In this document: positions 37,976 through 47,393 of the stretch, piece after piece
Layout: every line of letters begins with the position of its first letter
How positions within the stretch are numbered: position 1 is the stretch's first letter
Assembly: GCA_963669175.1 (NCBI GenBank)
Contig: OY769902.1
Coordinates: forward strand, 672,001 to 736,000
DNA length: 64,000 nucleotides
Reading direction: 5' to 3'
From: a bacterium
GTDB taxonomy: Bacteria; Electryoneota; Electryoneia; Electryoneales; Electryoneaceae
Translations under genes and position numbers: made by a program
The notes under the pieces: generated by a model
What the model was told of the DNA's origin: nothing
The model's database searches: none
The model's input: the letters and a program-made list of their open reading frames with translations, nothing else

Positions 37976-39670
37976 CTATTCCTTGTGCGAGGAGACATAC
38001 ACCTGTTTCCCGTTGACGATTGTATACAGCACACCGGTTTCCAGCATTTCCCGTGGGGGAGCTTTGGTGATATCACGGTCCAGGATGGTCAGGTCAGCCA
38101 GGTTACCTACCGAGATCGTGCCCAGGTCATGTTCCGCGAAGGTAGCATAGGCTGCTTCGCGAGTGTAGCCGTCCAGCGCTTCGGTTACTGTCATCTTGTG
38201 TTCCGGGTACCAGCCGCTTTTCGGGTTGCCGTCATGATCCTGACGTGTGACCGCCGCATAAATCCCCCACAAAGGGCTCGGGCTTTCCACCGGTGATTCG
38301 GAGCCCAACGCAAGATGAGCTGTGTTATCCAGCAGGGTACGCCAGGCATAGGCGTATTTGATCCGTTCCGGGCCGATACGTTTTTCCGCCCAAGGCATGT
38401 CGCTGGTGGCGTGGGTAGGCATGACAATCGGGATCACATCCAGGTCGGTCAGACGTGCGAAATCACCGGGCGCCAGCAATTGAGCGTGTTCCAAACGGAA
38501 ACGTGGCGCTTCCTGACCCGACGCATGACGTGCCTGATCAAACGCATTCAGGGCGATATAATTACCACGGTCGCCCACCGCATAGGCCGAAACCTGGAAT
38601 CCGGCTTTCAGGGCGTCCGTAGCGAACTTCTTCAGGTTCTCTTCGGGGGTGGCGAGAAGGCCACGGTTGCCCGGATCATCGGCATAGGGTTCGATCAGCG
38701 CCGCAGAACGAGCGCCCATACCACCATCAACAAACATCATCATCGAACGTACCTGCAGCATGTCGCCTGTCTCACCACGAGGTCCGTCCTGGAGCTGGTT
38801 TTTAATCCACCCGCGATCCTTGCTCTGCAACACCGCCCACGTCCGCAGGGTCAGCTTGTCTTCCTTGTTCAATTCTTCCAGTAAAGCCAGTTCCAGTGAA
38901 TCCACCGCAAACGCGCCAACACCGGTCAACCCGACACGGTTGCAGGCACGAATTCCCAATTCCAGCCAGTGTTTGTATTCGTCGCGTGTCGGCTGGGGAA
39001 TATGTCCCGTTACCAGGCAGGCCGCTTCGTTCAACAGGACACCGGTAGGATTGCCCATGCCATCACGCAGGATACGCCCCCCCTCCGGGTCCGGTGTATT
39101 CTTATCGATACCGCATTCACGTAGCGCCAATTCATTGACCCAGACTGTCTGGCCGTCAATACGCCACAGGCAGACCGGGTTGGGCCCGGGCGGAAGGTCG
39201 GCGATGGTGGGGAATTGTGTGCTTTCCCAGTCGTTCTGATCCCAGCCGTTGCCCACGACCCACGCATCTTTGCCCTCCTCATTCTGACGAAGCTCCATGA
39301 TACGTTCCATGATCTGCGTATAAATCTGGTCAATGGATGCAGTGCCAACGAGGTCCAGCTCGGTCTGGGCGCGTCCAAGGTCCATCAGGCGAATGTGAGC
39401 ATCCACCAGCCCAGGCAAGACAATTCCACCTTTGATGTCGATTTCACCGGTACGTTCATTCCGCATGGGTGCCGCATCCTTGAGATCTCCGGCAAAGACA
39501 ATACGACCATCACGCACCAGGATCGCTTCAACCGTGGGTTGATCAGGATTCATGGTGTAAATCGTGCCGCCATGAATCAGCAAGTCACCCTGTTTGTCGG
39601 CGCTGCACGAGATAAAAACCAGGGAAAGTAGCAGGACAACCAGCATTGCGGGGTGTGGGGTACGTGGCAT
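37976..39670 (-). CDS. YtcJ-like amidohydrolase-3 family lipoprotein with degenerate active site
   Basis: RBS AGGAGG; lipobox ISC. Fold motifs PGLVDAH, GWDQNDW, PTGVL, RLEHAQ and LADLTILD are intact, but several metal ligands are substituted. Confidence 0.85.
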   Translation of the reverse strand: MPRTPHPAMLVVLLLSLVFISCSADKQGDLLIHGGTIYTMNPDQPTVEAILVRDGRIVFAGDLKDAAPMRNERTGEIDIKGGIVLPGLVDAHIRLMDLGRAQTELDLVGTASIDQIYTQIMERIMELRQNEEGKDAWVVGNGWDQNDWESTQFPTIADLPPGPNPVCLWRIDGQTVWVNELALRECGIDKNTPDPEGGRILRDGMGNPTGVLLNEAACLVTGHIPQPTRDEYKHWLELGIRACNRVGLTGVGAFAVDSLELALLEELNKEDKLTLRTWAVLQSKDRGWIKNQLQDGPRGETGDMLQVRSMMMFVDGGMGARSAALIEPYADDPGNRGLLATPEENLKKFATDALKAGFQVSAYAVGDRGNYIALNAFDQARHASGQEAPRFRLEHAQLLAPGDFARLTDLDVIPIVMPTHATSDMPWAEKRIGPERIKYAYAWRTLLDNTAHLALGSESPVESPSPLWGIYAAVTRQDHDGNPKSGWYPEHKMTVTEALDGYTREAAYATFAEHDLGTISVGNLADLTILDRDITKAPPREMLETGVLYTIVNGKQVYVSSHKE

Positions 39671-39951
39671 GGCTCCTCCTTCCGAAGGTGACGAGGCAGC
39701 AGGGAAGCAGATCCCGGGAATGTCACGTTCTGCGCTCAGGATACAATGGGGTCCGTAATCGGACAAATACTGGATATACTAGTATACTTTAGATACATCA
39801 GCCCGGACAAGGTTGTTCCTAAAACACTATGTGCTCCCGGTTTTCGGGAGCACATGGCGAGCTATATTCAAGTACATCTTTGGATTAGAGGAAGGCGGAT
39901 CTTTCTCCATAATCCTTAAACAGGAAGATGTATAAAGGCACTAAAATTTTA

Positions 39952-40536
39952 CTGGTGGACCAAATCACATAAATCGATGGATATTGAGCGCTTCATCATC
40001 GTTCAGGACAAGATGTATTCCTGAAGATATATAACTGTTCTCGATTTTATTCCGTCATAATGGAGATTGCCGGGAAAAGGGGACGGGATCCTTTTCCTCG
40101 CGCTTATGCAGAATATTTCTGAGGTATTCCTGAAAAAGGAAACTGTCCCCTTTTCCGTGTAATTCCTGCCTGCTCTCAAGAAAAAGGGTACAGCCACCTT
40201 TCCCGGTCCATGCTCACAGCGTGAAGGCTTTTGCCGCAGGGAAAGGAAACTGCCCCCTTTTTCCATCTCCTTTGTTCCAACCAAATAAAGGATCTTTCAC
40301 TGATATAGCACATGACCCCATGACGGACTAATAATGGGAATCGCTATAGCGTGTTATTTCGAAGACATGAAACGCTGTTGAACGATAAAGCGTTTTCCCT
40401 TCAAGCTTGTATTAGGCGGGCTGTCTGCTGTGTTGATTTCATTTACAGTAATTCACTACACATGCGTAAAATCGCACTGCCGCAAGTTCTCCTTTGAAAA
40501 ACAGAATCACTCACATTGTGTAAAACGGTTCATTCG
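39952..40536. mobile_element. Degenerate copy of the CTAG-ended element with an ~300-bp nested insert
   Basis: CTGGTGGACCAAATCACAT..TCAGGACAAG (left part) and TATAGCGTGTTATTTC..CCCTTCAAGCTTGT..GGCTGTCTGCTGTGTTGATTTCATTTACAGTAAT (right part) align with 52314-52601. Confidence 0.6.
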
Positions 40537-40664
40537 TGGAGTCTCTGCATCACTATCCCTGCGAAACACATCCAACACACAACAGGCTTGTGCCTGTATT
40601 CTCAAAGTCTATCACAATTTACGCTGAACCTATTGATCCATCTGGACTTCTGCATCATCTTGTT

Positions 40665-40682
40665 ATATGAAGTATTTCACAA
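40665..40682 (+). promoter_or_regulatory. Possible Rex-type operator
   Basis: ATATGAA-GTAT-TTCACAA versus consensus TTGTGAA-N4-TTCACAA, directly before the RBS of the cytochrome gene. Confidence 0.4.
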
Positions 40683-40697
40683 ACGGGGTGGCATGCC

Positions 40698-43193
40698 ATG
40701 AAGAGACTCTTCGGACTTGTGCTGACGGGTGTGGTTCTGTTTACGGCTGGATTCCTGGCCCTGGCAGATGATGACATGTGTGAAATGTGCCATGATGACC
40801 CGGATATGCAACGGGTGGAAAGTGGTATCCCGCATTCACTCTATGTGAATTCTTCCATGATCGAAGGATCGGCTCACGCCGGCTTCGGTTGCACCGATTG
40901 TCATACATCGCTTGACGGTTTCGAAGACTTCCCCCATGATCCTCACCTGCCCGGGGTCAATTGTGCCGAATGCCATACGGACGCTTTTGATGAGTACATG
41001 TCCGGGTTTTATGAACACCTGCGCCAGCGTGGTTTTACCGCTATTCCCGGCTGTACCCAGTGTCACGGCAGCCATGAAATTGCCGAACATGCCGACACAC
41101 GTAAAGTCTGCGGCGTTTGCCATGCTGCCGAAGTGGCGAGCTTTAGAAAATCGATTCATGCCCCGGAAAATTCGGGTCAAAACATTACCTGCACCAGTTG
41201 TCACTCCGCACATGATAAAAGCCAGCGAGGCAATATGCTGCCCGATGACTGGCGTGAATTTACTGTGAACCAGTGCCTGACCTGCCACAAATCCCAATCG
41301 GCGGATTACCTGAACAGCTACCATTTTCAGCAGGTTAAAGCTGGCAATGACAAGGCGCCCATCTGCATTGACTGTCACCAGTATCATGATATTTATACGG
41401 TAGACAACCCCAAATCCCCGGTTCATGTGGACAACCTGGACGCCACTTGCGACGCCTGTCACGAAGGGCATGAAGCGACTATTCATCGCAAGAGCGGCGT
41501 CGATCCACAGCTCATGACCTGTGTCGCCTGTCATACCGGTCACACAACTGAGATGGACGCTTCCACCAAGGTGACCTTCTACGATGAACCCCTGGCGCAA
41601 ACCTGCCAGCGTTGCCATAAAGACGCCCATAAGGGGCTGAACATGGCCCATAGCGGGATTATGGATATGGGTAATGATGGCAAGCCATCCAACTGTACCG
41701 AGTGCCATGTTTACCACTATGATATTCCCGATGAAGCTCACCAGATGAAGGCAGAGGAATTGTTAGCCTGCCAGAATTGCCATAAACAGGAGTACGACGA
41801 CTGGACACGAAGCGCGCATGGCATCTCACACAGGAAAGGCCATACGGAAGCGCCGACCTGCGAAACCTGCCACGGTAGCCGTGAAGTGGAACGTATTTCC
41901 AGCCAGTTCGGGGACGGACAGGGTGTGATCAGCCTCTGTTCTTCCTGTCATGGCAACCGTGATATCGTGATGCGTTTCCAGTTAAATCCCAATGCCGTGT
42001 CCGGGTACATGAGTTCTTTCCATGGCAAAATGTATGCGTTGGGCTACCAGGGGGAGAAGTTCGCCACCTGTACATCGTGCCACGATAACCACCTGATCCT
42101 GCCCAAGGATAACCCGGCCTCATCTGTCAGCCAGCAGCACATTATTGAAACCTGCGGGCAGTGTCATGCGGATGTAAATGAAAACTTTGTATCCATGCTT
42201 TCCCATTACGATCCCATGGCGCAGGAAGAACACCCGGTGCTGGATATTATTCATGTGTTCATGGTGTGGCTGTTGCGGATCACGTTGACCATCTTCGGCC
42301 TGCATACCCTGCTCTGGTTGACACGTTCTGCCATCAACCGGATCAAGGACGGTCCGAAGAAAAAGGTGCACAAAGCATATCGCTATAAACGATTCGGGCC
42401 GTACGAACGTATTCTGCACGCCATCGTCATTGTCAGCTTCCTGTTGCTGGCCCTGACCGGACTGCCGTTGAAGTACAGTTATACCGAGGCGTCATACTGG
42501 ATCGCGAACCACCTGTTATCGCTGGAGAAAATGGCGCTGCTGCACCGTATCGGCGCGATCCTGACCTTCCTGTATTTCGCGCTGCACCTTGGCAGTCTTG
42601 CCTATCGTCTGGCCTCACGCAGGATGACCCTGAAGAGCATGCTGTGGGGACCGGACAGCCTGGTTCCGCAACCGAAAGACGCCGTCCAGTTCGCGCAGCA
42701 TGTCGGTTATTTCCTGGGCTTGAACAAGAAACCTGTATTTGACCGTTTCGCCTATTGGGAAAAGTTTGACTACATGGCGGTATTCTGGGGCGTGGCGGTG
42801 ATTGGCGCGTCCGGCCTGACCCTGTGGTTCCCGGAATTTTTCACCCGCCTGCTGCCCGGCTGGGCGATCAATGCGGCGCACATCATCCATTCGGAAGAGG
42901 CGTTACTGGCAACAGGATTTATCTTCACCATTCATTTCTTCAACGAGCACTTGCGCCCGGAAAACTTCCCCATGGATGAAGTCATCTTCACTGGATCGAT
43001 CCACGCCGAGTACCTGGAAGAAGACCGGCGCGATTGGTTCGAACGCCTGAAAGAACAGGGTAAACTGGAAGATGTGACGGTGAAGGCGATGCACATCCTG
43101 CCGAGAACGCTGTTGTACATCTTCGGCTTCGGAGCGCTGGCTGTCGGGCTGGGATTGCTGGCCCTGATTGTCATCGGCACGTTCAGCGGGTAG
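40698..43193 (+). CDS. Multiheme cytochrome c (17 CxxCH) fused to a C-terminal cytochrome b membrane domain (CbcL-like)
   Basis: Signal peptide; 17 CxxCH motifs counted; membrane domain with ERILH, LLHRIG, YWEKFDYMAVFWG, IIHSEEALLA and HFFNEHLRP. Confidence 0.92.
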   Translation: MKRLFGLVLTGVVLFTAGFLALADDDMCEMCHDDPDMQRVESGIPHSLYVNSSMIEGSAHAGFGCTDCHTSLDGFEDFPHDPHLPGVNCAECHTDAFDEYMSGFYEHLRQRGFTAIPGCTQCHGSHEIAEHADTRKVCGVCHAAEVASFRKSIHAPENSGQNITCTSCHSAHDKSQRGNMLPDDWREFTVNQCLTCHKSQSADYLNSYHFQQVKAGNDKAPICIDCHQYHDIYTVDNPKSPVHVDNLDATCDACHEGHEATIHRKSGVDPQLMTCVACHTGHTTEMDASTKVTFYDEPLAQTCQRCHKDAHKGLNMAHSGIMDMGNDGKPSNCTECHVYHYDIPDEAHQMKAEELLACQNCHKQEYDDWTRSAHGISHRKGHTEAPTCETCHGSREVERISSQFGDGQGVISLCSSCHGNRDIVMRFQLNPNAVSGYMSSFHGKMYALGYQGEKFATCTSCHDNHLILPKDNPASSVSQQHIIETCGQCHADVNENFVSMLSHYDPMAQEEHPVLDIIHVFMVWLLRITLTIFGLHTLLWLTRSAINRIKDGPKKKVHKAYRYKRFGPYERILHAIVIVSFLLLALTGLPLKYSYTEASYWIANHLLSLEKMALLHRIGAILTFLYFALHLGSLAYRLASRRMTLKSMLWGPDSLVPQPKDAVQFAQHVGYFLGLNKKPVFDRFAYWEKFDYMAVFWGVAVIGASGLTLWFPEFFTRLLPGWAINAAHIIHSEEALLATGFIFTIHFFNEHLRPENFPMDEVIFTGSIHAEYLEEDRRDWFERLKEQGKLEDVTVKAMHILPRTLLYIFGFGALAVGLGLLALIVIGTFSG

Positions 43194-43263
43194 TGACGTT
43201 GGCTCAAGATGAATTTACAGGATGAACAGGATGTGAAGGATTAGCAGGATAACTACTTTTTTG

Positions 43264-43595
43264 GGCTGCTCACAAGTATTTGTGCATATTATTGACGAGC
43301 ACGTTTCGTCAGGTCTTGACGTGATGCCTTTTTCTTGTTCTTCTCCGCAATTTCAGACACTTATACGACTGACACCTGCTATTCCGCACGATTTGTCGTC
43401 ATCTGTCATCACGTTGTGACCTGACGACAGCGAGAATGCTGATACCGGTGGCAGGTCACAACGCGACAATAACAGGACGCGAGGTGGTTTCAGTATCATC
43501 GTGTATTCAGGAAAACATAGTGAAAGCCGAAAACAGAAAGTCGCGTCAAGACCTGCCACAACATTGCCCGGATGCACAAATTCTTGTGAGGAACC
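43264..43595. mobile_element. 332-bp non-autonomous element with terminal inverted repeats (MITE-like), copy 2
   Basis: Same TIRs, length and orientation as 31800-32131; lies between convergent genes. Confidence 0.85.
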
Positions 43596-43654
43596 CTTTT
43601 TAAGGAAAAACATGGGTTTTCTTTGCGGCTTCGCGTCTTTGCGTGAAACCGTTT

Positions 43655-45994
43655 TTATTCATCCAACACAACCACCTTCGCCCCTTGCTGATCTGTCCGC
43701 CACACAGGTAATTGAGCCTCGTTGATTCTCACCAAGACATCCTGATGTGGATGGGAAAATGGGTTGTACTGCCCGCAGGAAATCACCACTTCTTCAGGAT
43801 GGAAGCTTTCCAGTAATTCACGTGATGTACTGTGCTTGCTGCCGTGATGCGGTGCGATCAGGATATCGATATCGAGATTCGGATAACGTGATACAATGTC
43901 ACGCTCCACACCCATCGCAATATCACCGGGCAACAACGCAGAAAAGCCGTCTTCATCAAGGTTCCCCGCCTGATACAGGATACACAACGATGCGTCATTG
44001 TCCTTCATCTCGGTTTCTTCGGTAACATCCACTGGTGGGTTCAGCAGGATAAACCGCCCGATACCCGCCACACGAATCGTGTCCCCATCATGCCCCAGGT
44101 ACAGGTTTGCACCACATTCCCCCAGCGCCACAATCCCTTCCTCACCAGCCTTATCACGAAGGGTTACCGGGCTGGTGACGACAGCCTCTACATCAAGCGA
44201 GCCGTTCAGGTCCGGGATCACACCCGCATGATCACGGTCGCCATGGGTGACAAGGTACAGGGGAATATGACGTACCCCGTACCAGCGCAGCGCTTCACTC
44301 ACACCACGGCTCCCCGGCGGACCGCCATCCACCACAACCGCACGATCCCCACGGCACACTACAATCCCATCTCCCTGCCCTACATTCGCCACAATGAAAC
44401 GGAGCGGTTGATTCAGCCAGACCAAGTGTGTGGTCACCACCATCAAAGCTGCCCATACCAGCAACAGGGACAATGTGGCAAGTGGTCTGGTTTTAATGCG
44501 CGCGAACAGAACCAGGCCGACCAGGCTGAACAGGGCCATGGTCCAGGTCGCCAGACCGGGAATGTTTTCCACCACCCATCCGCTCGCAGCGCCCAGTTGC
44601 GCCAGCCCAAGCAGGAGCGTATGTATCCCGGTGAATGCTGCGGTGAAAATGGTCCCGACAAAAGGAATCCAGCCAAGCAGGATCATCACCCATCCGGCAA
44701 TCAGGGCCAGGGTTACCAGGGGAAGGGCCAGCGGCATCAAAGGAAGGCCGATCAGGCTCAAGCGTCCGAAATGCCAGATCAGGACCGGGGCAGTCGCCAA
44801 CCAGGCCCCAACCGACACCAGCAACAGCCCAAACAGGTATTCCACGGCAACCAGATGCACCCATGTGTACCAGGGTTTCCCGGCATGACGTTTGGTGTGT
44901 AGCCTCACATCAAACGCCCGCACAGCAACCAGCACCCCCGCTGTTCCAGCGAAGGAAAGTTGAAAACCGGCGTCCCACAATCCCCACGGCCGCCAGAAGA
45001 GCAACACAATCCAGGCCAGCGCCAGCGAATAGGCCGGGTTGTAACGTCGCTGCAAAGCTCGTCCCCCGGCCAGAAAGGTGTATAACAGGGCAGCACGAAG
45101 TACAGGAGGCTGACTTCCGGTAAAAGGCACATAACACCAGATCAGAAGGATGCTGACCGCGTATGCCCACCGCCAGGGCAGCCGCATCAACTTCAGCAAC
45201 AACAGCAATACACCCGCAAGGATGCCTGTGTGCAGCCCGGAAATAGCGAACAGGTGCATCATTCCCGAAGCGGCGAGCTGTTCCTGGAACTCTTCCGGCC
45301 AACCCCAGCGTTGTCCGGTCAGCAGGGCTATCGCCGAGGGTTCCTGTTCCGCCGGTAACTTCTTACGCAATTGGTTGATTACTTGCAGGCGAAGCGAGGT
45401 GATAGAGCGAGGGAGTATGGCCAGCAAGCCGGGATTGGCTGTTTCAAAGCCGTTTATACTTTTCCCGATGACACGATAGGAGACCCCACGCATCCCCCAG
45501 TAGGCGCATTCATTAAAACCGCCCGGATTATTGCGAGGATTTAATGGTGCAATATCGGCCAACATGCGGACTTGTTGACCATCGTGGAGGTGACGCGCAT
45601 CCGAGGCATCGAGATATACAATCGCATCCCCGCGAAGTATTGCCTGTTCATCACATCGTTGCCAGTAAACCGAATCCAAACGGAAGCGCGCCCGGTCATC
45701 ATGCCGTTCCACGTTCCCCTGAACCACTCCTTTCACCCACACCTGTCCCTCGGGAACTGAAACGGATGGAACCAGCGACCAGCGCAGCCAGCCAAGCAGA
45801 AAAAACAAGCTTATTACCAGGACGTTACGAAGAGTAGAAAGGCGATCCTTCAGAGTCAGCAGAAGAATGGACAGCAGCAGGATTGTCGCTGGCAGCAGCA
45901 ACAACCATGCGGGAATGGACAGATGAGTTCCTGTCAGCAACCCCAGCGTGAAAGCGGTTGCCCCGATGAACATGCCTCGCAGGGGTGGGTGCAT
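43655..45994 (-). CDS. comEC: DNA uptake protein ComEC/Rec2
   Basis: DUF4131 region (NPGGFN), competence domain (HLFAISGLH, GFQLSF) and MBL domain (VGQGD, THGDRDH, PHHGS, HPH). Confidence 0.93.
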   Translation of the reverse strand: MHPPLRGMFIGATAFTLGLLTGTHLSIPAWLLLLPATILLLSILLLTLKDRLSTLRNVLVISLFFLLGWLRWSLVPSVSVPEGQVWVKGVVQGNVERHDDRARFRLDSVYWQRCDEQAILRGDAIVYLDASDARHLHDGQQVRMLADIAPLNPRNNPGGFNECAYWGMRGVSYRVIGKSINGFETANPGLLAILPRSITSLRLQVINQLRKKLPAEQEPSAIALLTGQRWGWPEEFQEQLAASGMMHLFAISGLHTGILAGVLLLLLKLMRLPWRWAYAVSILLIWCYVPFTGSQPPVLRAALLYTFLAGGRALQRRYNPAYSLALAWIVLLFWRPWGLWDAGFQLSFAGTAGVLVAVRAFDVRLHTKRHAGKPWYTWVHLVAVEYLFGLLLVSVGAWLATAPVLIWHFGRLSLIGLPLMPLALPLVTLALIAGWVMILLGWIPFVGTIFTAAFTGIHTLLLGLAQLGAASGWVVENIPGLATWTMALFSLVGLVLFARIKTRPLATLSLLLVWAALMVVTTHLVWLNQPLRFIVANVGQGDGIVVCRGDRAVVVDGGPPGSRGVSEALRWYGVRHIPLYLVTHGDRDHAGVIPDLNGSLDVEAVVTSPVTLRDKAGEEGIVALGECGANLYLGHDGDTIRVAGIGRFILLNPPVDVTEETEMKDNDASLCILYQAGNLDEDGFSALLPGDIAMGVERDIVSRYPNLDIDILIAPHHGSKHSTSRELLESFHPEEVVISCGQYNPFSHPHQDVLVRINEAQLPVWRTDQQGAKVVVLDE

Positions 45995-45998
45995 AGGT

Positions 45999-47393
45999 TT
46001 ATGACATTCGTTTGACCGTAACTTTCAGCCTGTCTTGACTTGTGACAATTACCTGTTCACCCTTGGCAATGGGGGGGGCTTCCGCGGTAGCTTCCCAGAA
46101 TTCCCCCCCGATCTGAACTTTGCCCGTGGGGTTCAGTTCGATATACACAGTGCCCGTTTCACCGACCAGACCTTCGCTTCCGGTCTGAACCTTGCGTTTC
46201 TGGGCACGCACCCCCATACCCACCGCAAACACGAAGAACAGTACTGTCACCATAACAGTGGGAATAATCACCGCCCAGGAAACCCTGAGCGCGGGAATCG
46301 CGGTATCAAAAAGCATAATCGACCCCAATAGCAACCCGGCAGCGCCGCCGATGGAAAGGAAACCATAACTGGTAACCTTGATTTCGAGGATCAGCATGGC
46401 GATGCCGACAATAATTAACATCAGTCCCGCCCAGTTGAGCGGCAGGGTCTGCATGGCAAAAAACGCCAGGATCAGGCTTAATACTCCCACAACGCCCGGA
46501 ATGATAGCGTTGGGATGGTACAGTTCAAACATCAACCCGAAAAATCCCAGCATCATCAACAGGTAGGCGAGGTTCGGGTTGGCAAGTGTGTTCAGGAAAT
46601 CTTCACGCCAATTCATTTCCCGGTGCTGGATATAAGCGTCTGCGGTACGAAGAACGTGTACTCCCTTCACCGTTTCCACTTCACGTCCGTCAATCAACAG
46701 CAGCAGTTCATCTTCAGTTTCGGCGATCAGATCAATGACGTTCAACTCAAGCGCTTCAGTTGCGGTGATACTGGCAGCTTCACGCACTGCTTTTTCCGCC
46801 CAGTCGGCGTTACGTCCACGTTGCTCCGCAATGGCACGAGCCTGCGCGATGGCGTCGTTGGTTACTTTCGCCCGCATCGCTTCATCATTGCCCCTGGCTT
46901 TGGTGGAATCCGCCTCTTTTCCGGGCAGCAGTCCGCCGCCATCCATTGTCACTGGTGTCGCTGCGCCGATATTGGTTCCCGGCGCCATGGCGGCTACATG
47001 AGCGGCCATGGTGATAAACACGCCCGCCGAACCGGCGCGAGCGCCATGTGGCGATACATACACAATCACCGGGACATCGCTGTTCAGAAATGCCTTGGTA
47101 ATGCCACGGCTGGATTCCATCAACCCGCCGGGGGTATCCATACAAACCAATAGAGCTTCAGCATTGGAATCATCCGCTTCTTCCAGCGCTGACAGCAGGT
47201 AATCCATGACAACCGGCTGAATCGCGCCGTCAATGGTTACTTTCAGAATGGTTCCGGGACGGCGTTTTTCAGGCTCGAAAGTTGAACTGTCCGGCTGGGA
47301 GAAAAGCGGTAGAGAAAGGAAGAATACTCCCGTAATCAGGACCAATGCACGTAGCGCCCGAAACAGCGGAGAACGTAAGCGGATAGAGTTCAT
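45999..47393 (-). CDS. nfeD: NfeD family membrane-bound serine protease (long form)
   Basis: DTPGG, AGSAG, MAPGTNIGAATP and KVTND; membrane domain; C-terminal OB fold (GEFWEA). Confidence 0.92.
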   Translation of the reverse strand: MNSIRLRSPLFRALRALVLITGVFFLSLPLFSQPDSSTFEPEKRRPGTILKVTIDGAIQPVVMDYLLSALEEADDSNAEALLVCMDTPGGLMESSRGITKAFLNSDVPVIVYVSPHGARAGSAGVFITMAAHVAAMAPGTNIGAATPVTMDGGGLLPGKEADSTKARGNDEAMRAKVTNDAIAQARAIAEQRGRNADWAEKAVREAASITATEALELNVIDLIAETEDELLLLIDGREVETVKGVHVLRTADAYIQHREMNWREDFLNTLANPNLAYLLMMLGFFGLMFELYHPNAIIPGVVGVLSLILAFFAMQTLPLNWAGLMLIIVGIAMLILEIKVTSYGFLSIGGAAGLLLGSIMLFDTAIPALRVSWAVIIPTVMVTVLFFVFAVGMGVRAQKRKVQTGSEGLVGETGTVYIELNPTGKVQIGGEFWEATAEAPPIAKGEQVIVTSQDRLKVTVKRMS

